Source of the DNA: Auanema rhodensis
Lineage: Eukaryota; Animalia; Nematoda
NCBI GenBank assembly: GCA_964057225.1
Contig: OZ059897.1
Location: 12,152,001-12,216,000 of the forward strand
Length of the DNA: 64,000 nucleotides
Reading direction: 5' to 3'
Shown here: positions 10,985 through 22,731 of the stretch, in pieces
Layout: the number at the start of each line of letters is the position of its first letter
How positions within the stretch are numbered: the stretch's first letter is position 1
Made by a program: the position numbers and the translations under genes
Notes under the pieces: generated by a model
Told to the model about the DNA's origin: nothing
The model's input: the letters and a program-made list of their open reading frames with translations, nothing else
Database searches by the model: none

Positions 10985-12623
10985 TTAGTATCCTGGGGCA
11001 GTTCTTGGTGGTGGGCAGTGGTCGCAACCACCTCCGACTCCTGGCTCTCCTGGGGCTCCTGGCTGTCCTGGGGCTCCGGCGTTTCCTGGGGCTCCATCGA
11101 GTCCAGCATCTCCTGGTGGTCCTGGTGGTCCTGGACGGCTGTTTCCTGGGGTTCCTGGTTGTCCTGATTGTCCTGGTGGTCCTGGTGGTCCTGGTGGTCC
11201 TGAAAAAACATATGTTATAAATGATTCAATTTTTTAAATAGTAATATTATCTTACCAGCTGGTCCTGGAGTTCCTGGAACATCGGTGACAATTCCTGGCT
11301 GTCCTGGGGCTCCTGGTTGTCCTGGGGCTCCGTTGTTTCCTGGTGCTCCTGGTGGTCCTGGTGGTCCTGGTGGTCCTGGGCGAGCATCTCCTCCTCCGGA
11401 TCCTGGGGCTCCTGGGGCTCCTGGGGCTCCCTTTGGTCCTGGACGTCCTGGTGGTCCAGCTGGGGCTGGTGGGCAGGTGAAGCAGAAATCTCCCTCGGAT
11501 GGCTCTTGGTCTGGGCGAGCATCTTGTCCTGGTTGTCCTGGAGCTCCTGGTTGTCCGTCAGATCCTGGAAGACCGTCATCTCCTGGAAGACCTGGTGGTC
11601 CAGCCAATCCAACTCCGCAAGAGCAGCAAGTTCCAGCTGATCCTCCAACAACAGCCTCATCAGCGACTGGTTGTCCGTATCCTCCGTATCCGGCCTCGTA
11701 GGTGCTAGCTCCGCGGGCAACAGCACGACGGCCATGATATCCAGTTACTCCGGCGGCATGACGCTTGTAGTGAACATCACGACGAAGACGTCCCTTGACT
11801 CCTTGAACGTTCTCGAACTGAAACAATGAAATCTAAGTAAAGTGATGGATATATCGAAAAGGAGGGTAAGCTTTCAGAAGTTGAGGGAGTGATGTTTTCT
11901 GATTTTGTAATCTGACAGATTTCGTCATCTTTGAGGATTTGGTGATGACAGTTGTCAAAACAAGTTGAAAGGGAGAAAGAAATATGTCTTAGTATTAGCT
12001 AATTAGCCCAGTACCCATACTACATATATTTGTAGATGCTAGAATAAAGGAGGATATAGTCAAGTCAAGGCGAGGCTAGATAGACGAATAGCCAATTTGA
12101 CTGAAGAACCCGTTTTTTCCTCTTTTCTACTTTATAAAGCTAATGGTTATTTCTTTTGTTGTCTATCTATTATAAGAATAAATCAGAATAAACAATTCAC
12201 ATAATAAACAAAGATTAAGAGAAAATTGACATGGAATTCATATGCTTAACTCAGTGATCAGAAATGACACGAAAATTTGCGATCATTCCAGAAACTTTGA
12301 GTTTATCCTTTATCAATTACCCTCTCTTATCCCATTTTATCAAGGTAAAGAAATAAATAGCAAACTTACACGTCCATATTCACTCCAGAGTCCATCAGTT
12401 CTGTGGCGGCAGAATTCAACCTCGTTTTGAAGGGAAGACTGAACATGCTGCATGTAGTTGTAGAGCATTGGTACAGCAATAATGGCCGTCAAAGTAGCGA
12501 CGGTGGAAATCGCGATTCCTAGATAGAAATAGATGAGCTCATATTAGAGTGAATATTAATACCGAAGAATGCCAATTTGCGGAGAGACTCAGCCTCCTGG
12601 AGTTCGTGTTTGGGATCAGACAT
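10985..12623 (-). CDS. Nematode cuticle collagen, col-12/col-13-like group; exons 12623-12563, 12518-12370, 11817-11256, 11199-10985
   Basis: Col_cuticle_N region [57 protein letters not shown], furin-type RLRR, CCSCG, Gly-X-Y blocks interrupted by FCFTC, and C-terminal [19 protein letters not shown] lies directly before the ATG. Confidence 0.97.
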
Positions 12624-13462
12624 CTGAAATTATTTAAAAACTGTTTAAAGCTGTAAAATAAGCTTTAAAGTATCGAGAGAGGCAGCTAAATAACAAAGGA
12701 AGTTGAGTAAATAGGGTTTGAAGACGACAAAAATGACAAAAGCAAAAGGGCACACTAAAAAAGTGAAGAAACTACTTCAGATGAAGTAACCGGATCGTAT
12801 GTTATAGTATTCGAGGACCTCCAAGGCCTAATGACTAGTAGTAAGGAAGATGATGGGTGAAGCCGCAAAAACTATGACGAACAAGTTGACTGAGGTCGAA
12901 CAAACTGAAGAGGCTTCAGTTTGAACTTGAGCTCTTGTCTCATGTCCGTAGTGAAATCCATGCTTCTTCGATTACGATTAGATGAAAGATAATTCAAATT
13001 ATGAAAATATGAAGTTGTAAGCTTATTATGTAAGAATGAGAGATATTTGAGAAAATATAATTGAATAGGCTTATTTGGATGCTGAACTAAGTATTACTAG
13101 TCTATATACCATACTTTTAATATAAGTTAATGTATAGATGTAATAAGAGATTTGTAGCAGAGAAAATATTTAAAATCAAAACATATTCAATTTGCTTGAA
13201 ATTCTGAAATAGTTCAGAAATTTCCAGAAAAAAATAATATTATAGAAAAGGGAATTGTGGATAGCCGTCTGAAATACGTCTCAACAGCACCATTACCAGG
13301 AATGGTTTCATACTGCGGATGAGTGTCGGATGTTAACGAACTTCTGAACCGTATTTTGAAAACCGGTACCGGAAAGTTCGTCACGTTGCGTTTTCCTAAT
13401 CGGAAGATTGTAGTGGTTGTTGGAGCTTCAGACGATCTGCCATTGCCAATCATCAGATACTC

Positions 13463-13501
13463 CTTATATAGTCGAGCCAACAGAGGTGATTCAGGGGCGG
13501 G
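13463..13501 (-). promoter_or_regulatory. Candidate collagen core promoter (TATA plus GC box)
   Basis: TATATAAG on the - strand at 13470-13463 with GGGGCGGG at 13494-13501, inside a locally GC-richer island about 840 nt upstream of the acceptor next to the ATG. Confidence 0.45.
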
Positions 13502-16500
13502 ACGTCGCATGCGACATCGCAATTCGTCAAATTTCTGCTACTAGTTGACGCCTATCGTTGGATTTGTATGAACTTTAATTTGTTAGAGATAAGGTAAATT
13601 GCAAATGAAATACTTCTTTGTGGTATTTAATTTTCTCAATAAACAACGAGGTAATGAGTTGTGTTTTCAAATAACATTCAATTAGGTTTTTTTAACTATG
13701 TGTATAACTTCATTACAGTTCATTTAAAGAGATTTTAAGAGCTTCCACCCAATTTTTTTCAAGATCAATTACAGTTTTCTGATAATTAAACAAGACTTTA
13801 TTTGAATTACATTATCGGATATGAACATTTTGTCCTAGTATTTACAAGAATGAAGTATTTTCATTGCTTGTTGTATTAGTTTTATATTTTTTTCAGCTAA
13901 AACAATCTATTTTGAATATTTTTCGTTATCATCTTCATTTTTTATTTCTCAAAAGATGTTTTTCTATTCATTTAACTTCTAATAGAAGCAGTCAGCTGAT
14001 AGGTCAAAAATCGTGAATGGTTCCAGCTTCTCATGATCACAGCATGTATTCGTTCTCTTATATTCTCGTAATAAACCTTTTTTTTCCTTATCATGTTAAT
14101 AACGATATTGTTTGAATCTAAGGTACATACTGTACAGTCGGATTCAGAAAAAAACGGTTCCAGGTCGTTTACAGTTTCAGTTAATGTCGGCCCGAAGATC
14201 AACCCCTGAAAGAGCTGATTTGCTAAACGTTCCAGTATTCTACTCTTTTACTCATTTTTTTTCATTAAAAATGACGTTTCTATTAAACGTATAAATATAT
14301 TTTTTAAAATAAACGAAACTGATATTATATTTGAAAGAAGGAATTTTTCGTAAATTTTCTTAAAAGCATTCTTCATTCTTCTTCATCACATTCGTTCAAA
14401 GATTCGTTTATATGCCGACAGTTACAAATTCGAATTTTTTCTAAAAGTATTCAGCTAACTCTATGAACATTCTTTTCTTTTCTTTTTGAAATAAATTATC
14501 ATTTCAAATAAAATTTTCTCTTTAAAGAATATTCAATGTTGATTAGAAGAATTTGGGTTTTCCAACATTAACCGGATTGAAAAACTCTTTCGTATTTCAG
14601 ATTCTTTTCCTCGTTTGACCCATAGTAGTATGAAGACTTGTATATTTAATAGAACGAGATGGTTTGTATGAAAACCAATAGAAGATACAAAGGTTATTGT
14701 GAGAGATAGAGGGAATTGTAAAGAGAGATCAATTATTAGTATATTTTAATAATTGAAACGAATAGAAAATTAATATTACAACACTTGAACATTAAAAATG
14801 CTTTTCTTTACTTAATTCATTCGATATTTCTCTTAAAACTTTGTTTATTCCATCTTTCTCTTATTCTTTCTCTCTCTCTCTCTCAACCTAAAAAAAACTC
14901 TCATTGACATCTTTTGCTACTAATTAGAGTTAGAAACGAATCTTCAGTTTCAATGAAGCAAGGCAACGTCATTAAAGACAAAAGCCGGAAAAATCGAAAC
15001 GGAAAATCAGCGGCAAACAAAATGAACAAGTCATAGCTTTGTAGTTGCCGGTACAAACATGGTACGAAGAAAACTGTAAAAAGCTTTTTAGTATTTTATA
15101 TTTCGTTTTTTTCGTGAATTGTATGTATTCCACTATTAATTGAAGAGAATTAGAGTTACATTACCAATTAAACTACTTCTTTTCAATTTTAGTTTCTGAT
15201 AGAAGATGGTAGAAGCACGTAAAAGAACAATATGATAATCCAATTATTTAACATTCAAAGAAATTATTTCATTTAATAAGATAATTTCTTACATCTATTA
15301 CAGTTTATAACTTTCTTAATAAAATGTATTTTCTTTTTCCTTCATCAAAAAGTTTTTTATTTAGTTCCTTATGCTGCAACTTCAGAACAGAACAAACCAG
15401 ATCAGTTGTGAAATTGTAGTAGTATTACCTTCAATCGTCTCAATTATTCGTTCATATAACCGATTTTCTTTAATATTTTCTTTGATTATTTAACATCGTC
15501 AATATTGATAGATATCATCTATCTATCTATCTGTCTACATGTACTTATATCTTTTTTCATTTGAACGGAATAGGTTTTCTTATACAAGGTGTTCAATTTG
15601 ATCCTTATATTTTTCATCTATATCATCATAATAAGTTACATTAAACTGCGTTTATCAATTAGAATTGTTGTTAGTTCAAATAATAATCAATTTTAACATC
15701 ACTGAACACTTTCTATAAACTTCTAAATATGATCATAAATCGAGATATATATATATACATCCTGATATATGTATATCTTCAAATATGATAGATAATAGAC
15801 AAACTTAGTGATATAAACTATTTTCATAAGTTTTTCAGCCGAAATACAGATACTCTATCATATCAGTTTTAACTTTCGATTTTCTGCCGTAGGCTCGTAT
15901 GTGTTTTGATGATTTTGCCGTGCTCATGATCACGAAAATCTTCAATGACCCGCCGTATAAACTTCCGTATTGCTTTCAAGTTCAGTATGAACCAAACGTA
16001 GATTGATAGAGAGACTAGGAAATAAAGATTACAAGGTCGATTCGAATGATATATGTGTTTGAATCAAAATTACTGATGATGCCATTGGTGATGATTCTCA
16101 TCTCCGAACTCATTTATATCGATATTCGATGTTTAATTGAAGTATTTTTGTGTAATTATAATTAAATAGAAGATATTTGTTAGCTATATGTTAACTTATT
16201 GAATTTTCTAGAGAAATTTGTAGAAGCAAGCATGTTGACAAGCATTAAGTGGAATGGTTGAAAAAGACTTGTATTTGGCCAACTTTTTCTGTTAATTTCA
16301 TTATATATATTCGTATTATAAAATAACAAAAAAGCAATTCATTTATGCAACTTTTCTATAAATTTTCTAGATTATTGTCCACTTTACGCCTAGAACAGAC
16401 GTTAAACCGAAAAAACAGACTTCTCCTCGTAAGTCATGAACCAGATGACCTTGTATTGAAAGTAGTATATGAAGTGAATAAATTGGGAATGAATAAAAAG

Positions 16501-19289
16501 AGAAAGAGAGAATAGTAAATTAAAGAAAAAATAAAAAAACGGGACTGAGGTCATCCTAGACTAACATGCAAGTTGTTTTCTGATCGCTAGCTATAGAAGA
16601 AAAAACTTTAAATAACTTTTTACATATTCTGATAAACATTTTGAATCATTTCTTTTTTTGTTCTCATCTTTTTTTTTCAGAATATATCTCTAAAGATAAG
16701 GTAAAAAGCAACTTTTTCTTCCGTATTTGATAAGAATATATGGGATATTTTCATTTTAAGAAAACATTTTAGCCATCATCAACCTTGCTATTCCGCCATG
16801 TTATACTGGTCTCTATCTCTTTCGTTTATATTTGAAGAGCTTCGGTTTTTTTTTTGGATTTTTTACACCAGCTTAAAGCATACATATCCAACATGTTGGA
16901 TATGAATCAAAAAACACTTTTTGAAACATTTTGAATTTAAAATAATTTGAAAATTAAAGAAAAAGAACAAAGATTTTAATATTTAAAAACAAATAATTAA
17001 ATTATAATATCTATATATATATATAATTTGTTTTTATGAGTTATTGAATGAAAATCATATATATATATATAAACTATATACTATATAATGATTTTTATCC
17101 ATCTATCTATATAGTATTCTTTACAATATCACAAAGAAGAACTTGTAAATTACAAAATTCAAACAATATTGTATTGTTCATCATTATAACAGATATTTGT
17201 AATAAAGAAAAGTTCAGAAAAATAAAGTCTATAGGGACGGAAGAAATAAAAAAGAAATATTTTGAAAAAATTAAAATAATTTTAATGAGAAAAACAGAAA
17301 ATTATTTTTTTGGAATCTCTATCTCTATCTCTTGCTTCTTCACTGATTAAACTGTCTAACAACTATTTTTTTATTTTGTTTTTTGAGTGAAAGTGGATTT
17401 ATATATATTAGAAGTAAATTATAAAATTATTTAATAATTTTGACGGATGTAGATCTAGTCATACTTGTTGAATATCTTGTTTTGACTTCCATATATATAT
17501 ATTTTCTCTTTCAATAGTAGGCATTTAACTATTTTAGTTCTACTTTCAGTAAAAGTTAAAGAAGAAAATCAAAGGGAAGATCAGAGTTTTAGTTTCTTTA
17601 AGAATATCGAAATTTTTCTTATTTTCATCAATACTGTCTATTTTCTCCGAATTTATATGTTTAAATTTGAAAAATGTCAGTAGATATGTGTGACCATCAT
17701 ATAGTTAACGATCTCAAAATAAACCATACGAATTTCAAAATTTTTCGTGAACAAACAGGCTGTTGCTCTGTTACAATATTTTTCCATTGAAAACGTTTTT
17801 TTTTTCGGCTGAAACTTATTTGGTATACTTTTCTCTTTCCTTTCTTTTTTTTGTCAATTTCTTTGTTTCTGAATGAGGTTATAACATTGTATTTACAGCA
17901 TTTTCTACTTAAGACTTGAATGAATAATTGCTTCACCATCATTTTAGCAACCTTATTATACCAATAGTTTAGACAAGTCTATTATTCTGTAGATACAACT
18001 TGAAAAAACTTTAATGGCAACTAATTTTTTTTGATCATCTAATTTTTTTAAAGATTTTTACATTTCATCAAATAATAAAAATAAATCAAAAGGTCAACTA
18101 TACTATATGAAAAGTGTACAAGGTGCAATTAATACGTGATGAAACCTTTTATTATAAACGACAAGCTGGTACATTTTAATTTCTTTACAATGAAGTTCTT
18201 CTATTAAAGATGTTGATGTCAACGACATCGATACAAGGAAACATAATTCAAATTCTGAACACCTTGATATGAAGCTTTTAGCTGTATTTTTTTCTTTTTT
18301 TTTCTCAAGGCCAATATTTTTTTTTGAAACGAGATCTTGTTTGGAAATTATTGTCTGCTAATGCTATCATTCAGCGATAAAATTGAAAAAAAAACCTATG
18401 GAAAGCTATAGGAGAGGGATGAAGTTCGCTTGATTTTCTTTGATTTTGCTTTCATGAAGATATCTTAATTTCCACAATGATAGTGATATTGTAATCAACG
18501 GAATCTGGTAAACATTAACATGTTTCTATTAAAATCTATCTATATATGATACAATCACCTTCAATTAGCAAAAAGTTATCGAAAAGTGTTAAGGAGATTG
18601 ACCAATCAACCCTATAGATGATAGGAAGAATAAACTGTTTTTTATCTATTTCAATGACAATTGCTTCATCATAACCTCCCCCTCTCATGCATCATATGCA
18701 ATTTTACCTCCAACGCATATTTCTTTGATGTTTGATTTCATAAAACAGTAATGATATCATAAGAAATAATTCCAAACTGTTCACATGATAAGCATAATTT
18801 CATTTTGCAATTTCCGGCTAATAAACTAATGTTTTTTACCTTTGAACACCGAATATTCGTCATTATTGAAATTCTATTGACTATTAGATGAAGGTATAAG
18901 CTCATATTTTGTTTGTAATTTGTTTGAATTCAATATTAATGCTGAGATATATGTATAATTCATAATAACAATTATTTTTTTTTGTTTTAATATGACTTTA
19001 TAATCTTGAGATGAATCATTAACTACAAAACACAAATAAAACATACAAACTTGTGAAAAAATAGAATACAAGCATATGTAAATGGATAAAGTTGACAACG
19101 TAAAATAAGTGTGAAGAATTCTATTTTACCTAAATATATGTATATATCAAGCGAAAACGAAGCTTTCCTATCTTGTAGGTTTAAAATGGAAAAAGAATTT
19201 TGGATTTAACTAACATTATATAATAATATTTAAATTGAATTCATTAATAAAGGTAACAAAAAAAAAGAAAAAAAGGAAAAGAGACTAAA

Positions 19290-19460
19290 AAGGATGGATT
19301 TGGATGGAGATCGAGTATTTTTATGAAAAACCTGGTACATGGAGAGGAATTGTGAAAGCAAATGTTTCCAACATTAATATATTCAAATTTACAATTAATA
19401 AAAGAATAGAAAAAATGTATTTTTGAAGTATTAGGAATAGAAGATGATGATGATGATGCT
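19290..19460 (+). mobile_element. Decayed RTE-like fragment (post-RT region)
   Basis: FGWRSSIFMKNLV...KQMFPTLIYS...EVLGI resembles the RTE GW.AF / LP.L.Y / RMLGI motifs. In-frame stops are present. Confidence 0.3.
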
Positions 19461-20210
19461 AAGAGAATTATTAATACCGTATTATCTGATGAAGGCATGT
19501 CATCAGTTTTAGACCAGAAAAGTTGAAAAAGTTGAAGACTACAATGTTTGAATAGAGATAGAGAGAGGTGTGTTAGGGTTATAAAGAGAGAGAAAAAACG
19601 AATATGATAGTGTAATGAAATGCTTAATTATGTAAGTTATACATATGACAAGTTTCCCACAAAAAAAAATTCCCTAATTTCAAGAATACTAACGATATGG
19701 CTAGATGATAAAATGATATAAGAAACAATGTATTACTTTTTCTTTTTTTAGTTTAAAATATGATTCAATAGGTATATAGTTTGATATTGTCTCAAAACTT
19801 CCTTTCAAAGATGTTTTAAAACTAAAAAAAAAATAAAATGAAGCCTAAGATGAAGAAACTGGGAGGAGGTAATTCAATGTAACTAGATGGTTCATCGGTA
19901 TTGCATTATTGAAATCAGCTAAAGAAAAATTTTACATGGATTCCTGGTTTTCACGTTATATACATATAATTATGTTCTAATAGTGATAACAGGGGATATT
20001 TGAATTCAACGCCCTTTTATGGATGGAGGTCCAAATATCAAACACTTTCTGAACGTTTTTCAAGGAAAGATGTAACAGACACGTAATGTTTGCAAGCTGA
20101 TCCGAAACATATGCCCAAATATCAATTTTAATGGTCATACTGTAGCAGATAACATATAAGTAGACTAGAATACCCGGACTTCGATTCAATTTCAATATGA
20201 AATTAAAGCT

Positions 20211-21266
20211 TTATAGGCTATTGCCATGTTGATCTTTAAAAATTGTAGCAGGTGAATTACAGTTGACAGGAGAAGCTGGAGTTACTGCTTCAGGGATTGG
20301 AGGCAAAGCTGAAAGAAAGTAAAGATAAATATAAATAGAATTGAAATAAAAACAAATAATTATTTGAAGAAAATAGCGAAAAAACGGCTTATTCCCCTTC
20401 CTTCTGCACAACAAAATCTCAGGTGATATTGTTGTTGAATTTCGTAGGTATAAGCTTTTTTTCAAGTTACTTAAGAATTGTTTGTTTGCATGAACTTTAA
20501 GAAGAAAACTAGTAAACAATAATTGTTTTGTTTTGTTTTAATCTTGTTAAATAAATATATTTGTTGGTTTTTTTCCACAAAAAATTTAAATAGTCATAAC
20601 TAACTTACACAGTAAATCTGATGATGCTTCTGGAAAAACTTCACAACTTTGTTGCAAAATTGTGGGAAGAGAGGATTTACGGCGGAAAAGAGGATCAGAG
20701 AATCCTCTCATTAGACGATTTGGAAAAGATCTCCTGAAAAACGATTGTTACTAATATTAAGTATTCTGTCACATGCGTCAAAGTTATGAAATTTCAAGGA
20801 ACTTTCAAATAATGGTTAATCATGAAAATTAAATTTTTGCAGAAACTCACTTTGCGAACTTTGGACTCATGTTTGGAGTATGTGTTAGAGAGTTACTTCG
20901 TCTTTGACTAAATGGTGATTCTGATTGAATATAAGGTGATCTTCCACATGAATCAGAATAAAAAGGAACTGAATCCTGTAATGAAAGCGATTAATTGGAA
21001 TAAGATTATATAAAAATTAATATTACCTGTATCTCTTCTTCTTCTGATTCTGTAATTTCTTCAAATGAACTTGCTATTGAACGAATACGATCATCTCTAA
21101 AAATATACAAAACAAGTTATTCGTATTTATAATAATAATTAAAAAATAATAATATGAATAAAATAAAAATAAAAATAACTAACCGACGAGATATTGGAGG
21201 TGGACGAACTTCACTTCCGAATTTCTTCAAATGACACTGAACTCTGGTTTCGGCTGTTGTAGTCAT
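20211..21266 (-). CDS. Unknown, probably disordered Ser/Pro-rich protein of about 165 aa, 5 coding exons
   Basis: Five exons with good splice sites join in frame: MTTTAETRVQCHLKKFGSEVRPPPISRRDDRIRSIASSFEEITESEEEE...RRSNSL...MRGFSDPLFRRKSSLPTIL...SLPPIPEAVTP...DQHGNSL*. An acceptor TTTGCAG lies 6 nt upstream of the ATG, so further upstream exons are possible. Confidence 0.8.
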
Positions 21267-21959
21267 ATTTAGCTGCAAAATAGAAAATATTAAGATCAGT
21301 GAAAATAATATTTTTTTCTAATTATGATAGAATATGAAAAACGAGAAGATAACATGAAAATAAAATAATAAATGACCAATGTTTACACGTAACAGTATTA
21401 ATATGAAGAACGTGTGATGCAAAACATGCAACTTATGACAATAAAATAAAAAAAAAGAATGAATTATACACAGTAAATATTGAAATATGTATCTAAATAC
21501 TAACAAGTATTAGAAAACAATTCTGTTAATCGGATGCTCAATAGCGCACGAGATTCCGAAAACTGTCGTTTTTACGATATGTTTCGAAAAAAAACCGAAA
21601 CAATCTATAATGGATATGCATGAAAATAAAAGTTAACAACAGTTTTTGGAACTATAGATCAACAAAAAGTGCAACGGAAATTAGCGGAAAAAGAAAATGG
21701 AAGCGGAAATGTGCATGAATCGACGTCGAATGTCATGTCTTAGATATGAAATATATTATATTTGAGATACAAAATACGAATACGATGAGGTCATCATATT
21801 AAACAGCAAATTGCTATGAAAAAGGTCTTGTATCAGCATGAAGTGAAACAAAAAAAGAAAGGGAGGAGCTGAAATAGGAGGAACAAGAGGAGGAGGAGCT
21901 GAGCGGAAGGGAGGATATAATCTTTGTAGAAAAACATATACAGAAGTATAGAGAAAGTA

Positions 21960-22490
21960 TGAACAACGTACAGGCATCTTGAAGAGATGCTCTCAGATTA
22001 TTGAAACAACATCTGATGACAGAGGTTAGCTACAGTACAACAAGATATCAAAAGTCTAAGACTCTTGTAAAATTTGTGGAAATATCTTATATTAGTTCAA
22101 GAAATTGGAAAAAGAAACAGTTGAAGATGGCGGTTGAAGAGGTTAATGAAGCAGAAGCTGTGATGCTAGCAAGAAAATCATAAATTAAGGTTTTGCATGA
22201 TAATAAATCGTGGGGAGACATGAAAGGATATGACATTTAGATAGCTTGTTTGAAGAATGTATAGCGATCTCGCATATTGATACTCAGTGGGATCTCACCT
22301 TCATAATCTGACTATATCTGTTAAAATATTTAAGATAGAAGATGAACAATAAGAACAGAGAATGCTAGAAGAGGTATGAGAAGAAAGGATATATGAAGAA
22401 TTTGAAACGTTGCTGAATCGCCCTCAGTCATATAATCAAAGCAAGCGGTAGAATTGTTTCAGATATGATGATCTGGGTAGATGGATTTGT
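21960..22490 (+). mobile_element. Decayed RTE-like RT fragment
   Basis: The frame from 22266 reads GSHLHNL...EQRMLEEV*EE...LLNR...RYDDLGRWI, paralleling RT motifs 5-7 (L.NL.FADD / LQ.ML.EL / GL.+N / Y.YLG). It has many stops. Confidence 0.3.
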
Positions 22491-22593
22491 GGAGGGGAGA
22501 GTACGACTGATCAACAGATTGTTAGAGAAAGAAATATAAAACAGAAAAGGAAAAAAGCTAGAGGGTGAGAAAGAACGAGGGATGGCTGATGTA

Positions 22594-22608
22594 AAGAAAG
22601 AGAGAAAA

Positions 22609-22679
<71 letters not shown>

Positions 22680-22731
22680 GAGAGAGAAAGAGAAAGGGAA
22701 AGAGAAAGAGAAAAAGAGGGAGGGAAAGAGG
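22594..22731 (+). repeat. (GA)n / purine microsatellite
   Basis: About 140 nt of GAGAGA/GAGAAA repeats, directly visible. Confidence 0.95.

Noticed and set aside
10846-11735. Several long overlapping ORFs (QDHQDH, WSWWSW, PGGPGG repeats)
   Set aside because: These are alternative-frame and antisense shadows of the GGA-CCA-biased collagen Gly-X-Y repeats.
18400-18875. Chain of possible minus-strand splice sites
   Set aside because: The joined product has no recognisable motif or consistent start, and such sites arise by chance in AT-rich DNA.
19880-20195. IWAYVSDQL...LK...DIWTSI, resembling a Tc1/maT transposase C-terminus
   Set aside because: No catalytic motif or TIR is retained, so it is too weak to call without a profile search.
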